The notes under the pieces are model-generated. The model saw nothing but the letters and a program-made list of their open reading frames with translations. It was not told the DNA's origin and made no database searches. From the sequence record OR620964.1: a DNA stretch of 64,000 nucleotides. One strand, written 5' to 3'. This document shows, one piece after another, positions 9,699 through 19,957 of the stretch (its first letter is position 1; each line of letters opens with the position of its first letter). The position numbers and the translations under genes were made by a program.

Positions 9699-9988
9699 TA
9701 TATTGTCGTCCTTACCAGTTTCTTGTTTTTAGGCTGAGGTCGCTTGATAGGAATTCGAATTTTCATACCAGCGACTAATTCAGAAGAATGGGCGAGACTA
9801 TTGGCGATAAGAATATGTCGCCAATATGCGTTCGTCCCATAGGCATCAAAAGAAATGCGCTGTGGGTTTCCCTCAAGCGCAACACTTATTGTTCTCTCTT
9901 GGTAAGTAGATGAATCCACATCTTGATACACACTTTCAGTAAGAGGATCTATGCCCCATTGATCGACGTCTGCGATAGCTTGAACCAT
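9698..9988 (-). CDS. LysM-like baseplate wedge protein (T4 gp53 / P2 gpX-like)
   Basis: PQRISFDAYGTNAYWRHILIANSL....ELVAGMKIRIP. Start reassigned to the ATG at 9988. Confidence 0.75.
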   Translation of the reverse strand: MVQAIADVDQWGIDPLTESVYQDVDSSTYQERTISVALEGNPQRISFDAYGTNAYWRHILIANSLAHSSELVAGMKIRIPIKRPQPKNKKLVRTTI

Positions 9989-10692
9989 TTTTTCAAGTCC
10001 TGTCGTGTCACAGCAAAGTATGAAGATATACTGAGAATGAAATCCACACTGATTGGGTTTCCTGTACCATCTTCCCACACGTTATCAAAGTTAGATGTAA
10101 CCGACTCGACGACGCAAGGACTCATAGACATGAAATTACCGATATCAATTGTGAATGACTCACTATCATCAATATTCGTACCTACTGTCTCGTTAGCAAT
10201 AGCTGCGGCTGGTATGGGACCAGGTGCAACAAGAACGCCACTAAGCGCCATAGTTGGTGCGCACAACGATAGAAGATGCACAAGGTTCTGTACAACCTCT
10301 GTCTTTGTATCAGAGTAAGCATCAACAAGCACAGGCAGAGAAAGTGATAGATACCCAGGGCCCTGCCAGAACTTGGCTGAACCCTGTTTGGTAAGCGTAC
10401 TAACTCCGCCCCATGCAGCAGCGTTTGATAGCCTTCCTGCCGTTTGCTCACTGATTATACCTGCACTTGCAGCCATACCACCAACAGTAGTATCACCATA
10501 CGGTGCTGCCCAGCTAGACTGGATATCTATAGCGAAGTCAGGCGGTATAAATCCAGTAAACTCTATTGTACGCGCCTTGTTGTATATTCTAAACTTATAC
10601 ATAGCGTCCACGGATATAATATCAGACCTAGAACGCTGTGTACCAACAGGCACAGCCACCTGTCCATCAGAAGGCATCAGATAGTTAGCCAT
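9949..10692 (-). CDS. Baseplate/tail-tube initiator-like protein (247 aa)
   Basis: Lies between tape measure and LysM genes. The tube-like C-terminus (CVVESVTSNFD...PISVDFILSI) is typical of tube initiators. Confidence 0.6.
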   Translation of the reverse strand: MANYLMPSDGQVAVPVGTQRSRSDIISVDAMYKFRIYNKARTIEFTGFIPPDFAIDIQSSWAAPYGDTTVGGMAASAGIISEQTAGRLSNAAAWGGVSTLTKQGSAKFWQGPGYLSLSLPVLVDAYSDTKTEVVQNLVHLLSLCAPTMALSGVLVAPGPIPAAAIANETVGTNIDDSESFTIDIGNFMSMSPCVVESVTSNFDNVWEDGTGNPISVDFILSISSYFAVTRQDLKKWFKLSQTSINGA

Positions 10693-10703
10693 TCAATGTT
10701 TCC

Positions 10704-13313
10704 TTATACATAGCCTAAGTTAAGCATATTCATCAACGGGTCATCCAAGAACATAGGCATTGTATCAAGAGAAGGCATCGATGGTGCGCGACCTTGACTC
10801 GATTGAGAGGGACTAGAACTCTGCATAGAGCCTTTAGCCTTCTTGCTGTTACTTGCTGTCTTACCGGATGATGCCTCAGCAGGTGCTGGAGCCTGTATTA
10901 CCTCAGGCGCTTGATACTCTTGTCGTGGAACTTCCGCAGTAGGCTTAGGAACAGGTGCAATCTCATTCAGCTTGGCGTCGTATTCCTCTTTTGTTCCTTT
11001 CTGCACTACTGCACCCTTAGCAGTGAAGTCAGGCACATCTGTATTGGATTTAACTTTAGAGTAGTCAATAGTCCCACCTTTTGGTAGGTCAGGGAACTTC
11101 TCTGCTATGCGTTTATCCTGTGCGGTCATCTGCGTTGGCGCTACAGATTCTTTCTCAGTATTTACAGCCTTGGCCTGTTGTTTCTTGGCTTCTTCTGCCG
11201 CATGTACTTTCATCAATACATCTTTCTCATTCTTTGTTCTGGCTAGAACAGAGGCACGAGTATTGGCATCAGATGACTTAAAATCTTTATCCACATTAGC
11301 CGCTTTGGAATCTTGAACAGCCTGTACAATCTCAGGGTCAGTCATGCTATCAATATCTTTACCTGCAAGCGCACGACTGATAGCACCAGTGCCACCACCA
11401 TATTGCACGGAAGTGGAATACAGCATTTCCTGAACAGCCTTTCCTCGCTTGGTCAGGTCTGTGCCCAAGTCTTGTTGTGTCTTAGCAGCAAGAGGTGCGT
11501 AGTGTGTGCGTGTGATATAGTCTTGCTGTGCCTTATCTAAATCTTCACCTTTACGAGAAGCTACATCACGGTACTTAGCACTAAACTCAGCACTACCTGG
11601 AGTTAATCCCTTAAACTCGTCTGCGAATTTCTGACCTTCTTTAGACTGCATGAAATTCATCATGCTGCCATTATTTGTAGCAAGTTGGTGCTTACCGTAG
11701 GATACACCGCCGTAGTCACCTTGGCCAGAACTTACAGTAGATACACCACGTCCACCTGATTCGAATTGAGAACTAACAGCACCTAATCCACCCTGAGCAA
11801 TAGCCTTAGCAGCAATAGCATCAGACTGGGCAGATGTCATATTAGGAACAGCTTTAGGTAACTGATATGGCTGGCCGTAGTTTCCGTATCCACCGCCACC
11901 CTGATTCATTACAGGACCAGCACCAAACATCTTGAATGGATTGATACTTGGCATCCCTTGATTCTCTTTGAGAGAGTCTTGGGTCTGCTTATCGTACTCA
12001 TCCATCAACTTCTGTCTACGTACTTCTGATTCCTCAAGCGTTGCATCAGTCTCGTCTGTTATCTTAGACGCTACGTACTCACCTACAGAGTTACCGAAGT
12101 AGTCACCGAGCAATCCACCTAAAACTGAACCTAAGGCAGCACCAGCAGCAGTACCAAGGACAGGAACTACAGAACCAAGTGTGCCTCCTATGATACCACC
12201 AGCAGTTGCTCCGGTAGCAGCAGTCCCAGCAGAGCTAGCAGTCTTGATATACTCTTTCTTTTTCTCTTGATCAGTCAGAGTCGTATCATTGGCTATCTCA
12301 TTTGCATCATACCCAGCAGCGCCTACTTGAACAGCAGTACCAAGTAAGGGTAGTCTCTTAGCACCAGCGAGTAACATGCCTCCAGCTACAGCAAGACCGA
12401 CAGATGCATCTTTAGCATCTTTGCTTATCAAAGGTTGTTCTGTCTTGGCCTCTGGCTTGGCTTCTGTTTCAGGTTTTGCTCTGGCTACAGGCTGTTCAAC
12501 AGCAGAAGGAGTTTCAGGAACTGCACCATCTTCTGGCGCCAAATCCATCGATTCTTTCTTTGTATCATTGGCCAGCCACATTGCTCCGCCGAACGTAGCA
12601 AGAGCAGCAGCACCGCCTAATATAGCACCTAGCTTACCGCGTAACTTAGTACGTGTCTTAGCCTTAGACTTAGGACGAGCACGGTCCCGACGACGTTTAC
12701 CATTCCTATCCCTTCCATATCTATTGCGTTCCCTGTCTGGTAATCCGTCACCACCATCGTCGCCATCGCTTCCGTTACTCTTTGGTTCATTAATAGATGG
12801 TACTGGTGCAGAGTCATCACGCTTAATTTTATTATCTTCGTGGAATGCTCGGCGTTTCTCCCAATCCATCCACTCCTGCAATACCTTAGTTGTCTCACTG
12901 CTTACTTTATTGTTCGTGTGTAGCGCATCAACGATCTTATCACCTGACTCTTCATTTGAGGCAAATACGTTCTCTAACGCATTCTCAATGGCTTTTGAAT
13001 CGGGCTTAGCACTAACAGTATCTTGTTGTACGGCACGTACCTGTTCCTTAGCTTGGTTACGTGCTTCTCTTAACTCCCTGTTCTTCTTGCGAGAGCCTGG
13101 GCCTACATATTCTTCGTATTCCTCAAACTCATCAGGGCTATAACCAAAGTCTTGCACAAGAACATCCTTGATGCTTCGGTTATCTACTTTCTGCCTACGC
13201 TTCTTAGGCTTGGGAGCACCAACTGTATGCGTCTGTTGCTGATCAGCATGTTCCATCATCAGCTCAAGGGCAGACAGTTTCGTATCCTCAATGCCTTTTG
13301 GTGGAAAGGCCAT
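10704..13313 (-). CDS. Tape-measure-like tail protein with lysozyme-like (VgrG3-type muramidase) domain
   Basis: Gly/Ala-rich hydrophobic repeats (GAAAGAALGSVLGGLLG), the segment LGAVSSQFESGGRGVSTVSSGQGDYGGVSYGKHQL, and its position in the tail module. Confidence 0.75.
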   Translation of the reverse strand: MAFPPKGIEDTKLSALELMMEHADQQQTHTVGAPKPKKRRQKVDNRSIKDVLVQDFGYSPDEFEEYEEYVGPGSRKKNRELREARNQAKEQVRAVQQDTVSAKPDSKAIENALENVFASNEESGDKIVDALHTNNKVSSETTKVLQEWMDWEKRRAFHEDNKIKRDDSAPVPSINEPKSNGSDGDDGGDGLPDRERNRYGRDRNGKRRRDRARPKSKAKTRTKLRGKLGAILGGAAALATFGGAMWLANDTKKESMDLAPEDGAVPETPSAVEQPVARAKPETEAKPEAKTEQPLISKDAKDASVGLAVAGGMLLAGAKRLPLLGTAVQVGAAGYDANEIANDTTLTDQEKKKEYIKTASSAGTAATGATAGGIIGGTLGSVVPVLGTAAGAALGSVLGGLLGDYFGNSVGEYVASKITDETDATLEESEVRRQKLMDEYDKQTQDSLKENQGMPSINPFKMFGAGPVMNQGGGGYGNYGQPYQLPKAVPNMTSAQSDAIAAKAIAQGGLGAVSSQFESGGRGVSTVSSGQGDYGGVSYGKHQLATNNGSMMNFMQSKEGQKFADEFKGLTPGSAEFSAKYRDVASRKGEDLDKAQQDYITRTHYAPLAAKTQQDLGTDLTKRGKAVQEMLYSTSVQYGGGTGAISRALAGKDIDSMTDPEIVQAVQDSKAANVDKDFKSSDANTRASVLARTKNEKDVLMKVHAAEEAKKQQAKAVNTEKESVAPTQMTAQDKRIAEKFPDLPKGGTIDYSKVKSNTDVPDFTAKGAVVQKGTKEEYDAKLNEIAPVPKPTAEVPRQEYQAPEVIQAPAPAEASSGKTASNSKKAKGSMQSSSPSQSSQGRAPSMPSLDTMPMFLDDPLMNMLNLGYV

Positions 13314-14158
13314 TATCTTCTTCTCCCTCTAGGCGTCTTGATTGCATCACGTTTAGCTTTCGCTTCTGCCTCAGCCTGCTTGTCTTTTAGGAAGCAACTG
13401 TGCCAGTAAAGTAGCTTACGTAGTGGAACATCCTCAGGTATATAAATCTTATCTGCCTTAGTGATATCCAGAGTCATATTCATCATAGACTCCGCGCTGT
13501 ATACACGCAAGAAATTTAGAATCTCAATTGGTGCTTCGTGCGTATACTCCCTAAAACAGCGGTTGCATTTAAATACGGTAACAACACTACATACGGAATA
13601 GATAAAGTTAGAGGCATACATCAGGTCAGCGATAGACGTTCGTGCAAGTGTTTGAACAACAGGTAGATCACTATCAACCCACATAGCATGATAAGCCAGT
13701 TCGCCATATTCTTCTGCTAGTTCTTCTGCTTCAATCCAATGCTGGACAGTAGGGTGACGCACACCTTCAGGTAAGGTACGCCACTTCTCTGTCTTTATTC
13801 TCTGTCTTGCTGCTTCTGTACTGTTTAGCATATCGCAGTCAATACTTCTAAACTTCCTGCCTGAAGGTCGTTCCAGACTACGAGTACCTGAACAATCAAC
13901 ATAGAATGGCTTTGTGCATCGCCACTCATACAATCGAAAGCCCTCCAGCCAACTATCCTTATCCATCAATGCAATGAGATATCGAAAGTCTTCTAGGTAC
14001 ATTGAGAACAGGTCTACCGTAACGAATCTCTGTATCGTATTGACGAATAACTGCGGCTGTTTGTAGTGAGACGCATTATAGAGAGAAGCCATTGCATCAG
14101 CGGTGAATGGCTTTATTGAGGCATCTACTCTGCCAGATGGTAGTTGTATCTCAAGCAT
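13313..14158 (-). CDS. Baseplate hub assembly chaperone (T4 gp26/gp51-like), paralog 1
   Basis: N-terminal LPSGR...IKPF, internal WRCTKP and C-terminal CNRC. Confidence 0.6.
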   Translation of the reverse strand: MLEIQLPSGRVDASIKPFTADAMASLYNASHYKQPQLFVNTIQRFVTVDLFSMYLEDFRYLIALMDKDSWLEGFRLYEWRCTKPFYVDCSGTRSLERPSGRKFRSIDCDMLNSTEAARQRIKTEKWRTLPEGVRHPTVQHWIEAEELAEEYGELAYHAMWVDSDLPVVQTLARTSIADLMYASNFIYSVCSVVTVFKCNRCFREYTHEAPIEILNFLRVYSAESMMNMTLDITKADKIYIPEDVPLRKLLYWHSCFLKDKQAEAEAKAKRDAIKTPRGRRR

Positions 14159-14162
14159 TGGA

Positions 14163-14846
14163 TTATCCTACAAAGATACTAGGAGTCATCTGCCAATCAC
14201 GAATACTATGACGGCCACAGGAATGACAAGGTAGGGATATTTCTGTACTGATACCATGACGAGAGTCTGTTACCCAATCAGAAAGCCTCAGCCATAAACT
14301 CAGGTCACGCTCTTGCTCAAGTCGCGCCATATTCTGATTGAAGTTTGGCCCTAGGTGCGCAACGTTCCAGTTAAACATGCTCTCTGACGCTTGCTCATAA
14401 TCGCGCATACGGGCAAGGTCAAACTCTTCTGACTCCGCACTCAAGCTATAGATAAGTAATGAACTCTCATCCAATTCTGATATGTTACGTGCATCACAGG
14501 GGAATGCATTTATTGCAGGCCTGTCTTCCTGTAGATCCTGCTTAACGCCGTCTGAATATTCAAACATCGGCTTCTTACAATTCCAACGAACAAGTAAAGG
14601 ACTCACTGCTTTCATGGCGAGTCGTTGTTGTAGAATAAGTGCGTGTGCATCTTGAATAGTTAGTGCATCAATGGGCACTGATAGACATTCAGGCAATGCT
14701 TCCAGCAGAATAGGGCGCATATCTTTTGTTTCAATTGCTTTTGCTATCTGTCTAATCTGACGGCCCTCAAACAATCGCATTTCAAACTGTTCAGGTAATT
14801 CAGATTTCCAGCCCTTAGACGGCAGAGACAATACATTAATATCCAT
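14163..14846 (-). CDS. Baseplate hub assembly chaperone-like, paralog 2
   Basis: N-terminal LPSKG, internal WNCKKP and C-terminal CHSC; similar layout to the neighbouring gene. Confidence 0.55.
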   Translation of the reverse strand: MDINVLSLPSKGWKSELPEQFEMRLFEGRQIRQIAKAIETKDMRPILLEALPECLSVPIDALTIQDAHALILQQRLAMKAVSPLLVRWNCKKPMFEYSDGVKQDLQEDRPAINAFPCDARNISELDESSLLIYSLSAESEEFDLARMRDYEQASESMFNWNVAHLGPNFNQNMARLEQERDLSLWLRLSDWVTDSRHGISTEISLPCHSCGRHSIRDWQMTPSIFVG

Positions 14847-14858
14847 CAGTTAACCCCT

Positions 14859-15374
14859 TTATTGAAAAATAAGACGCTGTGCATCACATTGGAATTGTAC
14901 ACTTATCATCCCACGCCCACCTTGACCATTAAGAGACAAAGATTGTAAACCTAATGGCCAGCAGTTGCGTACTTCGGATGTTACTATCACATTTCCTTTT
15001 ACATCATACAAGGCTATTTGTAGGTTCTTCTTGTAGACAGATGGTAATCTGAATCCGCCAGTATATGGATTCTGAATAAGACCTGACCACGCTTGAAAAT
15101 ACCTTAATACAGCAGCCTTTTGGTCGATGCCAAACATCGCAGGAAACCCTTCCACAGAAGATCCTTGTGGAAAGTGGATACTGGTGGAGGCTATCTCTTT
15201 TGATTTCACTTGGAACACAGGGAACGGTATTTCTATTTCCTCACAGGCAGCAGAACTTAGGGATACACCGCCTATAGTGGGAAAGGATAGTATACGCCAT
15301 TTCTCTGTAGTGTAAGGATCTGCAAGGCCAGGCTGTGAGGTATCTTGCAGTTCACGTAATGTCACAGCAGCCAT
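14859..15374 (-). CDS. Tail tube-like protein (T4 gp19-like), copy 2
   Basis: 171 aa. The C-terminal pattern IALYDVKGNVI....VRNCWPLGL..LSL matches the gp19 family. Confidence 0.75.
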   Translation of the reverse strand: MAAVTLRELQDTSQPGLADPYTTEKWRILSFPTIGGVSLSSAACEEIEIPFPVFQVKSKEIASTSIHFPQGSSVEGFPAMFGIDQKAAVLRYFQAWSGLIQNPYTGGFRLPSVYKKNLQIALYDVKGNVIVTSEVRNCWPLGLQSLSLNGQGGRGMISVQFQCDAQRLIFQ

Positions 15375-15377
15375 AGA

Positions 15378-16046
15378 TTAATCCTCAACAATGATCAAGC
15401 ATGGTCGTACAACACCGTCCACTTTCATAAGAGCAGCACCTATCAGATAGCCAGCAGTCTTGACTGTATTAACTACGGCTTCTTCTAGATCTTTCTCCCA
15501 CTTCTCAGTCTTCTTCGGCCCGTACGGACTAAATGAATCTGTGGCATCATAGTAGTTATACGTATCTCCTGTAGGCATTGGAATGCGCCCGAGGAACATA
15601 AGCCTGTCAGCACCTTTAATCTTGGCCTTACGAATTGCTTGTGATAACGCAGTATTCTCTGACTTAGATCCGGGCACAGCAGTATAGGTGACAACCGTAG
15701 GTGACTTAGCATTGGATGAAGGTAGCTTCTCACGCGCAGGAGTAACAGATGACTTACCCTTTACCTTGATACCACTAACACTACCATTAAATGGTCTACT
15801 TCGACCAAGCAGAGAACGGGCAGTCGCTGCATCGATTTGAAATACAACTGACGGGTCATCACGATGAAGAACATAAAACATATTCTTCTTTACCGCTTTG
15901 ATTCCATACACATCTTTCGGGTCGATGTCGGCTTCGTGCGTCTTATTCTCTATAGCAACCTTACGCTTTCCTTCGAATCTATACCAATCACATTCGGCAA
16001 TCGAAACAACAGGTTTCTTCGCGCTAGTGCTAAGTAAAAGAAGCAT
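15378..16046 (-). CDS. Hypothetical virion protein with shared W-Y-x-F-x-G domain (222 aa)
   Basis: Start reassigned to ATG 16046 (GGGAGG SD). MLLLLSTSA N-terminus; WYRFEGKR...DPKDVYGI motif. Confidence 0.65.
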   Translation of the reverse strand: MLLLLSTSAKKPVVSIAECDWYRFEGKRKVAIENKTHEADIDPKDVYGIKAVKKNMFYVLHRDDPSVVFQIDAATARSLLGRSRPFNGSVSGIKVKGKSSVTPAREKLPSSNAKSPTVVTYTAVPGSKSENTALSQAIRKAKIKGADRLMFLGRIPMPTGDTYNYYDATDSFSPYGPKKTEKWEKDLEEAVVNTVKTAGYLIGAALMKVDGVVRPCLIIVED

Positions 16047-16090
16047 AAATTCCTCCCAGAAACGAGAAATGGGGCACAAGGCCCCATCCG

Positions 16091-16603
16091 TTACGATACT
16101 TTCAGCGCGTAGTCGAAGGACCATTCAATTGTAACTGGTACTGCTTGTGCTGCACCACTGAACGTCAGGTCAGGAACCTGCTTAGGCCATACGCCATAGA
16201 TGTCATACTCTGCGGCAATGCTACCATCCTGCTTAAAGATACGGAAGATTGCTTTAACAGCGTAATCAGCTTTAACAGCACCCAATTGAGTTTCAGTTGC
16301 ACGAATCAAATCATGCCACTCTTCAATTGGTTTGTAGATTGCCATTTCAGCATTCTCATTGTACTCAGTAGAGAGTGAGTGAGTGAAGATCTTTCGGCCG
16401 GCATAGTTAAGCTGGTGGCCAAACGCTTCTTTCAACACTTCTTCTACAGTGGAGCCGGGCTTAACACCTGTCTTACACATGATACGCAATGACCGTGCGT
16501 AATCACTACCACCAATCGGTGGATTTGGAATTAAGAATTCGAAGTTATCATCCAACAGCGGGTCTGCGGTGGATGCGAATTCATCCAGAGTTACCTTTGA
16601 CAT
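16091..16603 (-). CDS. Tail tube protein (T4 gp19-like), copy 1
   Basis: Directly after the sheath; IFKQDGSIAAEYDIYGVWPKQV...FSG...TIEWSFD. Confidence 0.85.
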   Translation of the reverse strand: MSKVTLDEFASTADPLLDDNFEFLIPNPPIGGSDYARSLRIMCKTGVKPGSTVEEVLKEAFGHQLNYAGRKIFTHSLSTEYNENAEMAIYKPIEEWHDLIRATETQLGAVKADYAVKAIFRIFKQDGSIAAEYDIYGVWPKQVPDLTFSGAAQAVPVTIEWSFDYALKVS

Positions 16604-16615
16604 TATTGTGTCTCC

Positions 16616-18301
16616 TTAGACAGCGCCTTTGTTAACCAAATCCAGTGCGTATTGAATATCACCGACAGGTGGTACGATAGCGTTGATGTGAATACGCTTG
16701 GTATAACGGGTAGGGTCAAGGTAGACGTCAATGATGAGGTCACCACGAGCTTCATCCATTGCAGTGTTGTTTGTGTAGTTACAGACAACATCATACCAAT
16801 CCAGACCACGACCTAACTTAATAGGCTGTAGGATACTAACCATACCTGTCTTCTGACGCTCTTTCAGGATATCGTCATTTGGTTCGAATACAGAAACCAA
16901 ACTATTCGCACGAACAGATGCATGAAGCATAGCAAGCATACGACGAATACCGATATCATTAAGAGGACTCTTGGTAGTCATTGTGGTATCAGCACCCCAC
17001 ACATAAATACCTTCACCGTTGAATACAGCAATCGGGTTAATCTGATTCTCTACAAGCATATCACGGTCATTCTGTTTGAACCGATGACGGACGTTGGTTG
17101 CGAAGTCAAGATTACCACGATTCAGACCACCTGGTGCAAGCCATGATGCTACTTGGTCAGCAGTCAGCATACAGTATGCCATACAGACAGACGCAGGCAC
17201 ATAGAAATCACGGGCATTATCACTATCACGCGCAAGCACATCACTATTAGTCAGTGCTGTCCAAGAACTAATGACAGAGAACTCAGCGCCTTTAAACTCT
17301 TTGTTGCCACGACGGTACTGAATAGCATTATCACGACTCTGGTACTGAACAGGAATACCTGATGTAGCGATACAGTCCATACGTGATGCTGCTAACTGAT
17401 CAATAGTGTTTGCAATCACAGGATGCTCTAATCCACCAGAGCACAGAATGCCTGCTTGAACATCTTCCCAATCGCGATAGTTATTCCAGCCTTCAAGAAC
17501 AGCAGACAGGGAACTATTAGCAATCAGTGCATCACTATGGTTGATATCAATAACTTGACCATCAGATCCGCCAGTGAACTGACCGTTAATAGCAGTCGGG
17601 TCAGACAAATCAGCAGGGCCACCGCCAATAGCGTTGATAACAACAAAGTTAGGATCTTCCAGCAGCTTATAGTTATCTTCATTGAGCTTGAATCGAACCA
17701 AGTTAGACTGATTGTTAATCACGTCTTCAATGAAGAACTGGTTACCTGCTTCATCAACATAATACTTGGTTGTTACAGGCCAAGTCTCAGCAGGAGTTAA
17801 GTTTCCTGAATGGTATATTTTGATGATTGCTTTAATACCTAACGGGTCTTTCGTGTCAGGTTCAAACGTTGCGTACAGGTCATTAGCACCTGCATAAGGC
17901 GAAGCAGAATAGAGCAGTCCAATATCACGGTCATTAAACGCAATGATTTCTGGATCAGTCAGTCCGCCATCACCAAGTGGGCGACATGTAGCAAAGTTTT
18001 CGTACATGGTGAGGAACACACCAGCGTACTTAACTGATAAGGCAACGCGTGTGATGTTAAGACGAATAGCCTTACGCATCAACAGTTTGGCAATCTGTAC
18101 ACTATTAGAATAGCGACCAGTAGCAGGCCCAAACTTAGCATCAATCTCATCAGTGGAAGTTACTGTAGTGTCTACACCTACGGGGCCTCGCGGGAAAGGA
18201 AGAACAAGTGTACAAACTCCGTTAGTTGCCAACGTAGTCTGATTCGACCTGTCATTCTCCTGAGAGTATACACCCGGTGATGGGTGATTAGGTTGTAGCA
18301 T
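16616..18301 (-). CDS. Tail sheath protein 1
   Basis: SPGVYSQE start, PRGPV, GGSDG, WLAPGGLNRG, QINPI, VWG..T, IRRM, PTRYTKRI: T4 gp18-family motifs. Confidence 0.93.
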   Translation of the reverse strand: MLQPNHPSPGVYSQENDRSNQTTLATNGVCTLVLPFPRGPVGVDTTVTSTDEIDAKFGPATGRYSNSVQIAKLLMRKAIRLNITRVALSVKYAGVFLTMYENFATCRPLGDGGLTDPEIIAFNDRDIGLLYSASPYAGANDLYATFEPDTKDPLGIKAIIKIYHSGNLTPAETWPVTTKYYVDEAGNQFFIEDVINNQSNLVRFKLNEDNYKLLEDPNFVVINAIGGGPADLSDPTAINGQFTGGSDGQVIDINHSDALIANSSLSAVLEGWNNYRDWEDVQAGILCSGGLEHPVIANTIDQLAASRMDCIATSGIPVQYQSRDNAIQYRRGNKEFKGAEFSVISSWTALTNSDVLARDSDNARDFYVPASVCMAYCMLTADQVASWLAPGGLNRGNLDFATNVRHRFKQNDRDMLVENQINPIAVFNGEGIYVWGADTTMTTKSPLNDIGIRRMLAMLHASVRANSLVSVFEPNDDILKERQKTGMVSILQPIKLGRGLDWYDVVCNYTNNTAMDEARGDLIIDVYLDPTRYTKRIHINAIVPPVGDIQYALDLVNKGAV

Positions 18302-18343
18302 TTGATTTCTCCAATATGGATAACTGCTTCTTGTGACTGTTTG

Positions 18344-18353
18344 AAATTAGCGT
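18344..18353 (-). promoter_or_regulatory. ACGCTAATTT late-promoter-like motif upstream of sheath 1
   Basis: Intergenic, 43 nt upstream of the start; recurs elsewhere. Confidence 0.45.
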
Positions 18354-18362
18354 GTTGTGCCC

Positions 18363-18707
18363 TTAATATTGAAAGACATTCACTCTTTGTTCAACATCTG
18401 ACACAAGAACAACAGGATCTAGCTTGCCGGTTAAGACAAACTGGCCTTCGATTATCATCTGCGCTCCACCAATCTGCATTATAATTGGCTCCGCTGTATC
18501 CACGTATAACAAGCCAAGTGTAGCAGGAAGAGATACACCTTTTGGCCCAACTACAACAGTTGTTGATTGTGTGATAGCCTGCTCTGAAATACCGACAGAT
18601 TGAGACTGTCTACGTATCACATTATTCTGCATTGCTGTAACTTCACGAACGCGTGTATCTACTACCATTGTTCGAGATAACGTACGGTACTTTTCGCGAG
18701 TATACAT
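18363..18707 (-). CDS. Hypothetical structural protein (114 aa)
   Basis: ORF between the neck/terminator-like gene and the sheath. Confidence 0.6.
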   Translation of the reverse strand: MYTREKYRTLSRTMVVDTRVREVTAMQNNVIRRQSQSVGISEQAITQSTTVVVGPKGVSLPATLGLLYVDTAEPIIMQIGGAQMIIEGQFVLTGKLDPVVLVSDVEQRVNVFQY

Positions 18708-19369
18708 TAATCCTCCTCAGGCGTATAATCATCCTTTCCTATATCAATTTCAACGTCAGCCGTTATCTCACCATAGTTGTTTATCTTGGCTTGTTCTGCA
18801 TTAAAACCAATCTTAGTCTGGATAGTAAAGTTAAAGGTCATTTCCATACTGCCCGGAGTTGAACCATCATCTAAATCTTCGATGTAAGGCAGAGGAACAC
18901 TCTCACCGTCTAACAGCACACGGACAGTCCACTTACTTGTGGGCATTTGTATCTCAAAGCCAAGTAGCTCTGTGACACCGCTGATAACCAATTGTTGCGC
19001 AAACAATAATGACTGGTCGAAGTGCATAAACTTAACTACGCACTCACACTGTAACGTAACAGGGAAGTAATAGTTAGTTGTTACAATAGCATTGGTAGGG
19101 TCACGTCCTATTGCCCAGCCACTGCCGAATCGCGCAACGTTCTTTGGATTCTGTAGAAGCTCTCTATTGAACGCAAGTGTTGTTATCTTAAACCAACCAT
19201 ACGGGTAGTTAGTATTCTGGTTGAAGTTAGCCCTAATACCTTGCTTAGGGTTATTGTGGATTGATAGTATGAATCTATTCAGGCCAAAGCCACGTCGAAA
19301 CTGGCGTTGTATACCAAGTATCGTAGCTTTAAGACTGGTACTGTTCTTCATAACGCCAGCAATAGACAT
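18707..19369 (-). CDS. Putative neck / tail-terminator protein (220 aa)
   Basis: Position between head and sheath genes; beta-rich. Function inferred from synteny. Confidence 0.5.
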   Translation of the reverse strand: MSIAGVMKNSTSLKATILGIQRQFRRGFGLNRFILSIHNNPKQGIRANFNQNTNYPYGWFKITTLAFNRELLQNPKNVARFGSGWAIGRDPTNAIVTTNYYFPVTLQCECVVKFMHFDQSLLFAQQLVISGVTELLGFEIQMPTSKWTVRVLLDGESVPLPYIEDLDDGSTPGSMEMTFNFTIQTKIGFNAEQAKINNYGEITADVEIDIGKDDYTPEED

Positions 19370-19388
19370 GAAATTTTCCTATAGAATC

Positions 19389-19416
19389 AAAAAAGGGCAG
19401 CCCGGAGGCCACCCTT
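19389..19416 (-). terminator. Rho-independent terminator
   Basis: AAGGGTGGCC-TCCG-GGCTGCCCTT followed by a U-tract; 27 nt identical to 62009-62035. Confidence 0.85.
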
Positions 19417-19444
19417 AGGTAGTTCACCCGAAACCGGGTCATCT

Positions 19445-19897
19445 TTACTTGCGGCGTAACTTAAGACAGGAAGAATTTGATGGGATGTATTCCTCATCTT
19501 CCTCTTCGTTTGTCTCGTCTTCATCTTCATCTTCATCATCGATTGATGGATCAAGGTCGAAGACGATATCTGAATCATCTTCCATATTATCATCCATGTT
19601 ATTGGACAGGCTATGGAATTCATCATCACCGTATAAGTCAGATTGTTTATTTTCTTCGTCCACTGTTACCAAGGAGGCGGACAGTGCGGCTATTGATTCA
19701 GATAGAGAGTCTTGGCTGGAGCTAACAGAGTTAACCATGCATTCGGCGACAAAGTTATTCGCCAGAGTCTCTTCGAGAAAGGCTTCACTGTCTGGTGCAA
19801 CGGCTGCCTGAGCAAGAAGACGAGCAGCATCTACATACTGCCCTTCTCGCATAGCAATCATAGCTAGCGCCGCCAAGGAACTACAAACTTTACTCAT
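19445..19897 (-). CDS. Small acidic head-associated/scaffold-like protein (150 aa)
   Basis: Follows the capsid gene; D/E-rich C-half with several S-x-S motifs. Confidence 0.65.
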   Translation of the reverse strand: MSKVCSSLAALAMIAMREGQYVDAARLLAQAAVAPDSEAFLEETLANNFVAECMVNSVSSSQDSLSESIAALSASLVTVDEENKQSDLYGDDEFHSLSNNMDDNMEDDSDIVFDLDPSIDDEDEDEDETNEEEDEEYIPSNSSCLKLRRK

Positions 19898-19957
19898 AGT
19901 AGATTCCTCTGGCGATTAAGAGGACTACGTTATGCAGCCCTCAACGTTATGCTTAGA

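Noticed and set aside
12376-13143. 255-aa plus-strand ORF, and similar antisense ORFs at 19449, 22677-22914, 38316 and 33619
   Set aside because: They are fully antisense to well-supported genes and have no motifs or SD; they arise from codon bias on the coding strand.
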